Assembly: GCA_030589165.1 (NCBI GenBank)
Contig: JAUUWG010000002.1
Location: forward strand, 1-59,763
DNA from: Desulfobacterales bacterium
GTDB taxonomy: Bacteria; Desulfobacterota; Desulfobacteria; Desulfobacterales; JAFDHS01
DNA length: 59,763 bases
Direction of reading: 5' to 3'
A program made the translations under genes and the position numbers. The notes beneath the pieces are model-generated. The model made no database searches. It was not told the origin of the DNA and saw only the letters and a list, made by a program, of their open reading frames with translations. This document shows positions 7,766-16,737 of the stretch, piece after piece (within the stretch, counting starts at the first letter, position 1; every line of letters begins with the position of its first letter).

Positions 7766-8443
7766 TTATCCATTATTCTTGCGGGTATATATGTAATTTA
7801 ATACACTGGGTGCTCCTTGGGCACCCTTGATAAAAAGATTGATGGAATAGTCATGAGCATCAGGATAAAGAAAAAACATAAGCCCGCCATTAAATATATC
7901 GAGATTATCAATGTAATAACGAAACGTTCTTTTAACTTCATCAAGCATCCGTTTTTCAACGAGTAATTGTGGCTGCCCCGGTTCTATGTTCCCCCGACTG
8001 TCAAATTCCAGCAAGCCGTTTGCACTGGATTCCCCGATAAGCATTATTTTTAAATCATTCCGTCCGGATTCATGATTTTCTTTCATCAAGAGCTCTAAAG
8101 AAGACCGCATTCGACAATTAAATGCCATGTCAAGAATATCACAATCCAACTTTTGACTTTCCATATCATCCGTCATCGGTCCATCTTTGAAAAAAGAAAG
8201 CGCACGACGAATGTTTTTAATATCTTTCTCTTCAAAACATTTACATGCTTTATTCTTACCATTCCGGCTAAACCAGTCGAGCATTTCAGCGTACATGTGA
8301 TCAAAAAGCAAAGTAGATAAATAAAAATCAAACGCTATTAAATTAAGACCGTTGGGAATTTTGCCATCCGTTATAATATTGTTGCTTGTGTCATAGCTGA
8401 TGGTTTCGTAAAAAGTCCAAAAAGAAATTTTTGACCACCACAT
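7766..8443 (-). CDS. Hypothetical protein in a visibly AT-rich segment
   Basis: 225-aa ORF with no recognisable motif. It is in the same reading frame as the upstream ORF 8492..9382, separated from it by two TAA codons. Confidence 0.45.
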   Translation of the reverse strand: MWWSKISFWTFYETISYDTSNNIITDGKIPNGLNLIAFDFYLSTLLFDHMYAEMLDWFSRNGKNKACKCFEEKDIKNIRRALSFFKDGPMTDDMESQKLDCDILDMAFNCRMRSSLELLMKENHESGRNDLKIMLIGESSANGLLEFDSRGNIEPGQPQLLVEKRMLDEVKRTFRYYIDNLDIFNGGLMFFLYPDAHDYSINLFIKGAQGAPSVLNYIYTRKNNG

Positions 8444-8491
8444 GAAGTAGTCGGCTTGATTAACAGATACAACCGATTGTGGTTAAAATTT

Positions 8492-9382
8492 TTACCTGCG
8501 ACTTTTTACGAGTTCATCATAGCTTGTAATTCTGTTTTTCTGGAACTCGGCAACCCACCTTTGAAATGCCATAGCTTCTTTGGATTTTTTACCCAATAAA
8601 TGCGCATGTTGGAAATAATAATCATCTATTTGCTTGACATATTTTGTAAGTGAAGCCTCGACTTGTCTGGCGAATTCCGCATTGAACATTGCTCCGGCAA
8701 ATATCAAGCCGAATTGCATGTCAAAAATTTTTTCCCGTTCAAACAATGCTCGCAGTTTGGTGATTGCCCTTTCGAGTTCCTGCCGCTTGATACCATTCAG
8801 ATAAGGCTCATCCGCGATGAATATGGCCCCGATATTCTCCTTATATTTTTTTACGAGGCTGACAAATCCTTTGAGTCTCCTTTCAATTTCATTATTACCA
8901 ACAATGTCGAGAAGCTTATTGTCAACGAGAGGAGGGAATACTTTTGTACGAACGTTTCCTTTCTCGGTTGTATAGTTGACGTTGATGCGGTCAACCTCGC
9001 GAACTTTGGTTATCACCGGCCCGATGTCGATATTGAGTTTATGATTCAATCCTTTTATGCGCTTTAAACTGTGCTCCAAATGGTCTAAATTGATCACCGG
9101 CAGTCCGGTCTCAGGATCATTTTCAGGAATTGCATTCATCATTGAAAAATCCACATGGTAAATGAATTCATCAACCCCTGCCGGCGAAAAGAAACCGATC
9201 TGAAGATTTTTTCCGGAATCCGCTTTTTGATTTGCGCTCCAGGCCGATGCTTCGAAATTAAAAATCAGAGTTAAAAAGAAGCCGAATACAAATCCACCAA
9301 TCACCCACTTTTTAATTTTGGAACGTCTGATTTGTAAAATTTGATCATTTTTCGGGATGTATTTATCAGACATCTTTTTCAT
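8492..9382 (-). CDS. Hypothetical membrane-anchored protein in a visibly AT-rich segment
   Basis: 296-aa ORF with an N-terminal TM/signal-anchor WVIGGFVFGFFLTLIFNF. No recognisable catalytic motif. Confidence 0.5.
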   Translation of the reverse strand: MKKMSDKYIPKNDQILQIRRSKIKKWVIGGFVFGFFLTLIFNFEASAWSANQKADSGKNLQIGFFSPAGVDEFIYHVDFSMMNAIPENDPETGLPVINLDHLEHSLKRIKGLNHKLNIDIGPVITKVREVDRINVNYTTEKGNVRTKVFPPLVDNKLLDIVGNNEIERRLKGFVSLVKKYKENIGAIFIADEPYLNGIKRQELERAITKLRALFEREKIFDMQFGLIFAGAMFNAEFARQVEASLTKYVKQIDDYYFQHAHLLGKKSKEAMAFQRWVAEFQKNRITSYDELVKSRR

Positions 9383-9437
9383 CTTTCCCGCGGTTTTGGA
9401 AAATCAATAAGTTAAATTTTAACCTGCATCGATTCCA

Positions 9438-12224
9438 TCATTGCCCGGATAAAGGCTTCGGCAGATTCATCGCTTCATGGATTTTCATCAGTTTCTTTTT
9501 GAGTTCATCCCGCGTCAATTTACCCAGCTCATTCTCTTTCCATACATATTCATCATGAATAATAAGACCATTCTCAGCATAAAATGAAGCAATGGCCCGC
9601 AACATGCCAAAGCGGTCATACCGGTCCTTCAAGTATTTGTTTTTCATACTGATCTGTTTTCGGTAGACAAAATGATTGTGCAAAACCTGAGCGGCGGGGG
9701 CGTTGATCAGGCGATAGCCTTTCTTGCGTAAACCGAAAGAGACGCCGGCATCTTCAAAGGCATTCTGATAACCGGCATGCAGATAGGAAGATGGATCGAC
9801 CTTAAATAAGGTCGCGCCGATCGGAAGCCAGTCACAATCCCGAAAGAGCGCCGTCCGCGCATCAAAACGCGATTTCCCCTCATCGAAACGCACCAGTTCG
9901 ATCAATTCATCGTCAATAGGGTTAATTCCCCCGCCTGAAAACTGGAGGGTATTATCAGGGAAAAAAACGCGTGTTCCCACGGCGGCGATAGCCGGATCGG
10001 ATTCAGCCCGCACCAGCAGTTCTTCAATCCAGCCGGCCTGAGCAATTTCATCATTATCAAAAACAAGATAATAAGGTCCTTTGGCGTATTTCAGGGCTTG
10101 CCGGCGCCCCTCGGCCGGTCCGAGATTCGTTGAGTTAAACACCATTTTAACAAATGGAAATCTTACCGCTGCTTTCGATTTCAGATAATTGACGGTTGCC
10201 GCCTCCGAACCGTTGTCAAACAGGATGATATCAAAGGGAACGCTGACAGTGTCCACGATACTCTGGATGGCCTCAACGGTCTGTTCATGTTTTCCATAGG
10301 ACAACATGATAAAACTGATATTTTTATCAAACTTTCCTTCGCTGATATTTTTTCGCAAACAGGCTTCATTCTGGATGGTCAAGGTCGATCGGAGTTGCCG
10401 CTCCTCACTGTTCGAGGTTTCCTGATGCCCATGAATTCGATGAAAATAGGCAAATGGCGGCGCAAAGACAAAACTGTCAGAAGGATAATAAAAGGCAATA
10501 CGCATCAGCATATCATAATCCTGCGCCGAATCAAATCGGGGATCGAACATTCCAACTCTGGCAAAAACGTCTTTACGAATCAATTTGAAATGGGTGGCAT
10601 ACATTCTTTCCAGATTCTCGGTAAAATAATCCTTGCGAGGCAAATGCTCGAACGAAATCCGCTGTATCTTATCGCCTTTTTCATCGACATTGGTGCGGGC
10701 GGTGTGCAAATATACGGTTGACGCTTTCCAATACTTCAAAACGCTGGATATTGCATCGGCGGCCAAATAGTCATCACAATCCAGAAAGGCAATGATATCC
10801 CCCGAGGAATATTGAATCGCAAGATTTTGGGTCTCCGATATCCCCCTGTTTTTCTCATTGAAATACAATCGTAGCCGTTTGTCTGCCGCATATTTTTTCA
10901 AAAGCGGTCTGACATTCGAGTCTGTCGAGGCATCGTCAACAACAATAATTTCAAGCTCGGGATAGTCCTGAGCCGTCGCACTGCGAAGACATTGATCCAG
11001 ATATGCGACATGATTAAATACGGGAATAATCAGAGAAACCCTGGGACGGGCAAGATCCATCTGCGGAGAAGGAACGATTGCAGCAGGCATCTTTATCCAG
11101 GATTTTATTGTTTGCTTCAAGGGTGCCGGAAAAAACCGCAGCCACCCGCCGACCAAAGGCGAATGATACAGTTCGACCAACGTCCTTTTGATAACCGTTT
11201 CCGCCCTGTTGGTTTTCACATAATCGATAACTTTTGTCAGATGACAGACGCAACTTTTAAGCCGGCGCAGAGGAGACGTAATCTTCCATGATCTGGAATT
11301 TCGAAGCAGCGCAAGTTCCTCATTGCTTGCCTTGAGTGCTTCATTGAGCCGATCGATCTCCGTATTCTGACGCTCGATCTCCGTGTTCTGACGCTCGATC
11401 TTATCACGTAAAAACTGCAATTCATCTTCATGTTTAGGGATCAGATAACCGGAATAAAAGTCTTCCCAATCCTTACCGCTGATTCGCCCCTTGTGTTTGT
11501 CAAAGACCGCCCTGAACCATTTGGAGTGAATCGTTTTGCGATCCAATTCAATCTGATCGACCGCCTCGCGTGATTCATCTTTGGGAAAAATCCGGTACTC
11601 AGCCGTAACATCCGCCAAATGAAAAAAACGATACGATTGGGAAAGCCGGATGATCAGATCCCAGTCTTCATTGATTTCCAGATTTTCATCAAACCGGTTT
11701 TCCAAAAGAACGCGTTTTGAAAATAACAGCGCATTTAAGGGAATGTAATTTTCAAATAATAACCGCGCCCGGTTAAAATCGAAATTGTATAAATGGAAAT
11801 CTTTTATTTTAATAAAATCGGCATACGCACTCCCCGTCCATTGATAATACACGGATTGAACCGCGGAATAAGAAATTTCGACCCCGTTCTTTAAACAGGC
11901 ATCGACTAACTTTTCGACATGATCGGGATAATAGATATCATCATCATCCAGAAATGATGCAAATTCACCCTTCGCCGCTTCGATTCCAGCGTTAGCAGCC
12001 CCTGAGCGGCCATGTGTTTTTTCGAGGGCGACATACGTGAAAAAAACATCACGCATATTTTTTTGAAGATCTTCGATCAACAAAGGGGCGCCGCCGTCAT
12101 TGACGACGACAACTTCCAAAGGTCGGTAAGTTTGGGCGTTGATACTTTTCAATGCCTTTTTCAGCAGAAAAGGCCTGTTCTGTGTTCTGATGATGATGGA
12201 TACCAGTGAATTTTGTGACTTCAT
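9438..12224 (-). CDS. Triple-GT2 glycosyltransferase (three GT-A domains) with a central coiled coil
   Basis: Three separate GT2 N-terminal signatures: VSIIIRTQNRP...VVVVNDGG; VSLIIPVFNHVAYL...IIVVDDASTD; ISFIMLSYGKHE...IILFDNGS. Coiled coil ERQNTEIERQNTEIDRLNEALKASNEELALLRNSRSWKITSPLRRL. Confidence 0.85.
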   Translation of the reverse strand: MKSQNSLVSIIIRTQNRPFLLKKALKSINAQTYRPLEVVVVNDGGAPLLIEDLQKNMRDVFFTYVALEKTHGRSGAANAGIEAAKGEFASFLDDDDIYYPDHVEKLVDACLKNGVEISYSAVQSVYYQWTGSAYADFIKIKDFHLYNFDFNRARLLFENYIPLNALLFSKRVLLENRFDENLEINEDWDLIIRLSQSYRFFHLADVTAEYRIFPKDESREAVDQIELDRKTIHSKWFRAVFDKHKGRISGKDWEDFYSGYLIPKHEDELQFLRDKIERQNTEIERQNTEIDRLNEALKASNEELALLRNSRSWKITSPLRRLKSCVCHLTKVIDYVKTNRAETVIKRTLVELYHSPLVGGWLRFFPAPLKQTIKSWIKMPAAIVPSPQMDLARPRVSLIIPVFNHVAYLDQCLRSATAQDYPELEIIVVDDASTDSNVRPLLKKYAADKRLRLYFNEKNRGISETQNLAIQYSSGDIIAFLDCDDYLAADAISSVLKYWKASTVYLHTARTNVDEKGDKIQRISFEHLPRKDYFTENLERMYATHFKLIRKDVFARVGMFDPRFDSAQDYDMLMRIAFYYPSDSFVFAPPFAYFHRIHGHQETSNSEERQLRSTLTIQNEACLRKNISEGKFDKNISFIMLSYGKHEQTVEAIQSIVDTVSVPFDIILFDNGSEAATVNYLKSKAAVRFPFVKMVFNSTNLGPAEGRRQALKYAKGPYYLVFDNDEIAQAGWIEELLVRAESDPAIAAVGTRVFFPDNTLQFSGGGINPIDDELIELVRFDEGKSRFDARTALFRDCDWLPIGATLFKVDPSSYLHAGYQNAFEDAGVSFGLRKKGYRLINAPAAQVLHNHFVYRKQISMKNKYLKDRYDRFGMLRAIASFYAENGLIIHDEYVWKENELGKLTRDELKKKLMKIHEAMNLPKPLSGQ
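11354..11401. repeat. Tandem 21-nt repeat (2.3 copies) inside the triple-GT2 gene
   Basis: CGATCTCCGTATTCTGACGCT / CGATCTCCGTGTTCTGACGCT / CGATCT. It encodes the duplicated heptad ERQNTEI. Confidence 0.85.
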
Positions 12225-13109
12225 TTAACAGCCTAACCGTTCTTTAATTTTGTAATAGATCTTATAAACCCTGTGAGATCGAACCTGTTCCAAGGAGCGC
12301 AAGCATTTCCGCTTCAATCTCTCCACTTGCGCCGGTTTTGCTTTTCGTTGCGGTTTTACCCCTTGCTTATTCCCTGCCGAGCAATGCCGGATAGCGGACA
12401 AGATGAGAGGCACGATTTCTTTGTTGCGGATTTCAGCCGCCGACCATACCGAGAATCCTTCCGCATGGGACGCTGCTGCCGGCAACGTCAAACTCCTGAA
12501 ACGGTTCAACGCGAGACCAATCTCTTTATACGATCGCTCAAGCAGCTGAGTTTCATAGGCCTCCATTGCCCGCACTTTACGATCCAAAACCGGAGTGATA
12601 TCGATCAGGCAGTTGACAATCACCGGCTGGCCGATTTCCATAAAGGCCACTTGAAAGCAGTAATCCGTGCTTTGAATAAACGTCTGCATTATCTGCGTCG
12701 CCGCGCAATGGTCCGGGTGCATTTCAAATGGGGACGGAACATACACCAATTCGGGACGGTACGCCTGAAAAAGATCCCCCAGCCGTTGGAGCACATCTTG
12801 CGAAACGCCGAGATGACGATCGGCATACGGCCAGAACTCGATGTCATTCACATCCAGACAGGCACAAGCCTTGCGAGCCTCCGTCCGTCTCAGTTTGATG
12901 TAGGTCTCTTTGTCAAACCGGCCCGAAAAATCGCCCTGGGCTCCATCGGTCAAAAAAACGACTTTCACCGGGTCATCGGCCGCCCGATGAAGCGCAACAC
13001 TGCCCCCACATCCGATGGTCTCATCATCCGGATGAGGAGCCAGCACGAGGATCCGCTTCCCGGTCATGTCGGTTGCATGGTATGGAATCCGTTGTTGCTC
13101 AAACTGCAT
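12225..13109 (-). CDS. PIG-L / LmbE family N-acetylglucosaminyl deacetylase
   Basis: ILVLAPHPDDETIGCGGS and HPDH metal-binding motifs. Confidence 0.85.
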   Translation of the reverse strand: MQFEQQRIPYHATDMTGKRILVLAPHPDDETIGCGGSVALHRAADDPVKVVFLTDGAQGDFSGRFDKETYIKLRRTEARKACACLDVNDIEFWPYADRHLGVSQDVLQRLGDLFQAYRPELVYVPSPFEMHPDHCAATQIMQTFIQSTDYCFQVAFMEIGQPVIVNCLIDITPVLDRKVRAMEAYETQLLERSYKEIGLALNRFRSLTLPAAASHAEGFSVWSAAEIRNKEIVPLILSAIRHCSAGNKQGVKPQRKAKPAQVERLKRKCLRSLEQVRSHRVYKIYYKIKERLGC

Positions 13110-13149
13110 TCGTCAATCACCTGTTACGTAGAGTCTATCCGCTAATTTT

Positions 13150-14334
13150 TTAATAAAGATCCGCATCGGCCATGGTGTAATAAATCCTCTCGGAAAGCTT
13201 TTGCCACGGCCAATTCGGATCCATGGATCGTATGGTGGGGATGATGCCCAGCGGTTCCGGCGCCGGTTTCAACCCGGAAGTGATCAGCGCCCGGGTAATA
13301 AAATGACCTTCGGGCAGCCAGGTACTGATAGTTTCGATATCCCGCTTTTGGTACTCTTTCGCCAGGCGGAAGAGAAAATCGCTGATGATGGCGGGGGAAT
13401 CCGGCGCCAGGATATCAATCAGGCAGGCGGCTTGCTCCCTGATGGTAAACACCGCATAGGCTTTTAATTCGTTGTGAAAATAGGGCCGATAGCCCCAGAT
13501 TTCATACGTATATTGCGGATGTTCGCAAAAGCGCCACTTCAGAAAAGCGGCATCCCGAATCACGAAAAGGGGATACGATGATTGGCAGCGCTCAGCCAGA
13601 CGGTCGAATTGATAGGTGACCCTCTGAATTCGTTCAATCCGGCCGCCAAACCGTTTTCTGCCGCCGATATCCTCTGGAAGGGCACTCAAAAAAGACACGT
13701 TTTTAGCCAAATGGTACTGGAGAATCCGCTGCCCGAGTTTGAAATGAAATCTTCCCGGAAAACCGTAAAAAAAGACCGAACCCTCGGGAGGAGCGAAATA
13801 TTCATAGAATTCCCGCCCGGTCCTGGCAAACACCCGGTCGGCGCGATAGGCCGGATGCGACATGCTATCGGTCAGTTGCGTCATCCGAATGGTTTTTCCT
13901 TCCAGATGGGCGCGATACGGTATACCCGAATACATGGTCACAATTTGCCCGGCTTCGCTGACACACAGCAAAATCTGGCAGCCGTAGGGATTGTTCAGAT
14001 ATTTCCAGCGCCAAACTTCCGGGGCCATTTTTTTACCGAAGGCCACCTCCCAGAGCGCCAAAACCCCCTCTTCATCCCCGGAACGGTAGGGGCGGATGAC
14101 AAATTTTCCTTTTCGAGTTTCAAAATGCCTTTCCACTTTTTCAAACTCCGCAGCAATTATTTTATGACAGTCCAAGTGAATTGCAGGGCATCCCGGCCGG
14201 AACCATGCGGAGGTCCCAGCCGCCCGAAATAATTTCCCGCTGCCATCAGATTCCAATAGGTTTCGGAAAATTTCATCCGGGGTCCGCGGCCGAAACACCC
14301 CATGGCCGGAATAAAATCGGGATTCGGGCTCCAC
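13150..14334 (-). CDS. GNAT family N-acetyltransferase; the true start is probably downstream of 14334
   Basis: IRPYRSGDEEGVLALWEVAFGKKM...WRWKY is a GNAT N-terminal pattern. The maximal ORF overlaps the upstream GT2 by 178 nt. An in-frame TTG at 14175 would reduce the overlap to 19 nt. Confidence 0.7.
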   Translation of the reverse strand: MEPESRFYSGHGVFRPRTPDEIFRNLLESDGSGKLFRAAGTSAWFRPGCPAIHLDCHKIIAAEFEKVERHFETRKGKFVIRPYRSGDEEGVLALWEVAFGKKMAPEVWRWKYLNNPYGCQILLCVSEAGQIVTMYSGIPYRAHLEGKTIRMTQLTDSMSHPAYRADRVFARTGREFYEYFAPPEGSVFFYGFPGRFHFKLGQRILQYHLAKNVSFLSALPEDIGGRKRFGGRIERIQRVTYQFDRLAERCQSSYPLFVIRDAAFLKWRFCEHPQYTYEIWGYRPYFHNELKAYAVFTIREQAACLIDILAPDSPAIISDFLFRLAKEYQKRDIETISTWLPEGHFITRALITSGLKPAPEPLGIIPTIRSMDPNWPWQKLSERIYYTMADADLY

Positions 14335-15284
14335 TCGAACAGCCAGCTTTGCCGCAGAGAGGACGGCACTTCGAGTTCAAAAGGCGCTTTAAAACCGGTG
14401 CTGCCGGAACGATCAGCCGCTGAATCCTGCGGTCGCATTAACTTGCGCAGCAATATTGCTCCTCGGTAAAGCCGGTTTGCGGAGTATTTTTCCATAAAGA
14501 CGCCATGGGACTGGGTCATCAGCGATCGTTTTTGTTCAATGTGGCGTTGATCGCACTGATCATAATGATGCACGGCTTCCGCCGCCGGATCGATCACCAG
14601 CGAATAGCCTGCTTTTTTCAAACGCAGGAACAGATCCAGATCCTCAAAATACAAAAAAAAACGCGGATCGAACAAGCCGCCTGCTGCTTGAACGGCCGAG
14701 CGCTTTAAAAGGGCCAGGCCGCCGGAAAGGTTGGAGGCCTTGAGCGGCCGCTTGGATCGCCACACGCGGATGGCATGACGCCGCCACAAACCGCTGATCA
14801 GCCTTCGGATAGTGCCGTGCGCCAATGCCGCGGCCAAAAACGGTTGCGCAAAGACAAGTTCCGGCGGAAGGGACGGCGGCAATAAAAACCGCCGTTCATC
14901 GTCCCAAAAAACCCGGGCGGAAACCGCGCCGGTGGATTGGGCCTGAAAAAGGGTCTCCTGCAAGCGCTCCAGGCAGCCGGGCAAAAGCCGCGCATCGGGA
15001 TTGAGAAGCAGGATGCAATCATCGGAAAAGTCCTCAAAAACCCGGTTGCAGGCTCTGCCGAATCCCATATTCTCCGGATTGATGATTAATTGCACGCCAT
15101 CCGGCAGAGAGCGCGCCAAAACAGCCGCCTCATCAGCATCTTCACTGTTATCCACCACCACCACCTGCACCGGTCCATGGGATGCGGAAGCGCAAACGGA
15201 TGCTGCCGCTTTCAGCGTCAGGCCGGCGGCTTTGTAATTCACAATAATCGCCAGAGTTGAACGGCATTCATCAGGGAGAGTCAT
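14157..15284 (-). CDS. Glycosyltransferase family 2
   Basis: LAIIVNYKAAGLTLKAAASV...VVVVDNSEDADE and FFLYFEDLDLFLRLKKAGY motifs. Confidence 0.85.
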   Translation of the reverse strand: MTLPDECRSTLAIIVNYKAAGLTLKAAASVCASASHGPVQVVVVDNSEDADEAAVLARSLPDGVQLIINPENMGFGRACNRVFEDFSDDCILLLNPDARLLPGCLERLQETLFQAQSTGAVSARVFWDDERRFLLPPSLPPELVFAQPFLAAALAHGTIRRLISGLWRRHAIRVWRSKRPLKASNLSGGLALLKRSAVQAAGGLFDPRFFLYFEDLDLFLRLKKAGYSLVIDPAAEAVHHYDQCDQRHIEQKRSLMTQSHGVFMEKYSANRLYRGAILLRKLMRPQDSAADRSGSTGFKAPFELEVPSSLRQSWLFEWSPNPDFIPAMGCFGRGPRMKFSETYWNLMAAGNYFGRLGPPHGSGRDALQFTWTVIK

Positions 15285-16693
15285 CAGATAATATTACGCA
15301 GTAATTTCATGCCGTAACGGCAATAATTGACAGCCGCCCGGCGGTCTTTTGCCATTTCCCTGAGCCGGTCAAACAGATAAGCAGGTCGTAAATAGACGGT
15401 TCGCAGCGCCAGTTTGCGCAGCTGCATCAACTCTTCGGCCGTGAGGTGCGGCGTTCCCGCCCCTGCTCTGGCATGGTGATGGTTCTGCATATCGGGCACG
15501 GCAATTCCGTTGCGACGCATCTCTTTATAAATTTCCGTCCCGGGATACGGCACAAAAATGCTGAACTCATAAAAATCACACCGAAGCTGTTTGGCAAATT
15601 CGATGGTTTGCATAACCTCCGTTTTGCGCTCCCACGGAAATCCCAGCATGAAAAATCCGTAACTTTTGATTCCCGCCTGCCGCAGAAGCGACATGGCCGT
15701 TTCTGCCTGGCTGCAGGTCGTTCCCTTCCTGATGCGTTTGAGTCCCTCGTCATAACCAAGCTCAACGCCCAGGGCCACCAGCCAGCAGCCTGCCGCTTTC
15801 ATCCATTGCAGCCGTTCGGCGTCCAGGGTATCCACCCGACTGTTGGCCACCCAGGAGATTTGCCCGGAAATAGGACTTTTTAAAATTTGAGTACACAGCG
15901 CTTTGACCCACGCTGCGTTGGCCGTGAAGGTATCCGCCCGGAAAAAAAAGTTGCGGATGTTATGCTGCGTCACACAGCACTCCATTTCGGCCACGATACT
16001 TTCAGGACTTCGGCGTTTGATGCGGTGGCCGTCGAGTTGATAGGCCAGGCAGTAGGTGCAATGATAAGGACAGCCCTCTGCCGCCTGAATCGTGGTTTGG
16101 GGCTCTCCGGTATCAGGCCGGACGTAGCGCTCATTGGCCACCAGTGCCCGGCACGGAAACGGAAAATCGTCCAGAGCGTAGGTCAGGGGCATGGGAGGAT
16201 TGATCACGATTTGATCCGCCCGGCGGTAAACGATGCCGCGGCAGTCTTCGATGCCGGTTCGAACGAACTCCTGAAAGATCGGCTTGTATTCTCCCCGAAT
16301 AATAACGTCCAGCTCGGGATGGCGGGTCATGACCTCCTCGACACCCTCCAGAAACGGCGCCCCCTTGGCAAGGGTCAGGATGGCCGGATTGATTTCCCTG
16401 GCCACAGCAAAGGCCTGCATGTCGTCCGCAAAGGAACTCGAAATTGCGGACATCACCAGAACATCGGGTTTGCAGTCCTGCAAATCCCGGATATAGTCCT
16501 GCCAGCTTTTTCCCTCGGCCGGATAATCCCTGATCCAAACGCGGTGCCCTGCTTGCCGGGCCATCGCCGCCATATAGGCAAGATCCAGCGGCGGACGCAT
16601 GGATGTCGCAGCCAGATCGCTGACCGCCACCTGGCAGCGGTCTTCGCCGCGGATATATTGGCCGCCGGGAGGATAGAAGAAAAAATAATTCAT
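15284..16693 (-). CDS. B12-binding domain-containing radical SAM protein (class B)
   Basis: 469 aa. N-terminal cobalamin-binding-like Rossmann region, then a CxxxCxxC cluster in AEGCPYHCTYC. Confidence 0.85.
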   Translation of the reverse strand: MNYFFFYPPGGQYIRGEDRCQVAVSDLAATSMRPPLDLAYMAAMARQAGHRVWIRDYPAEGKSWQDYIRDLQDCKPDVLVMSAISSSFADDMQAFAVAREINPAILTLAKGAPFLEGVEEVMTRHPELDVIIRGEYKPIFQEFVRTGIEDCRGIVYRRADQIVINPPMPLTYALDDFPFPCRALVANERYVRPDTGEPQTTIQAAEGCPYHCTYCLAYQLDGHRIKRRSPESIVAEMECCVTQHNIRNFFFRADTFTANAAWVKALCTQILKSPISGQISWVANSRVDTLDAERLQWMKAAGCWLVALGVELGYDEGLKRIRKGTTCSQAETAMSLLRQAGIKSYGFFMLGFPWERKTEVMQTIEFAKQLRCDFYEFSIFVPYPGTEIYKEMRRNGIAVPDMQNHHHARAGAGTPHLTAEELMQLRKLALRTVYLRPAYLFDRLREMAKDRRAAVNYCRYGMKLLRNII

Positions 16694-16737
16694 AGCTTCT
16701 GCTCGTAGTAGTTTGGTTCGTCATCGGTCTATCGCCA

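Noticed and set aside
8444-8494. Calling 7766..9382 a definite pseudogene.
   Set aside because: The shared frame could be coincidence (a 1 in 3 chance), and two stops within four codons are equally compatible with a normal gene boundary. I kept it as a low-interest question only.
12273-13145. A long plus-strand ORF of 290 aa antisense to the PIG-L gene. The same applies to 13582..14232, 15887..16708, 16131..16763, 17044..17853, 20810..21361, 22255..22932, 23493..24041, 28226..28795, 45661..46197, 52030..52536, 54403..54912 and 57585..58160.
   Set aside because: These are shadow ORFs opposite or overlapping strongly supported genes. Their translations are R/P/G/H-rich, lack motifs, and lack plausible RBS or start context.
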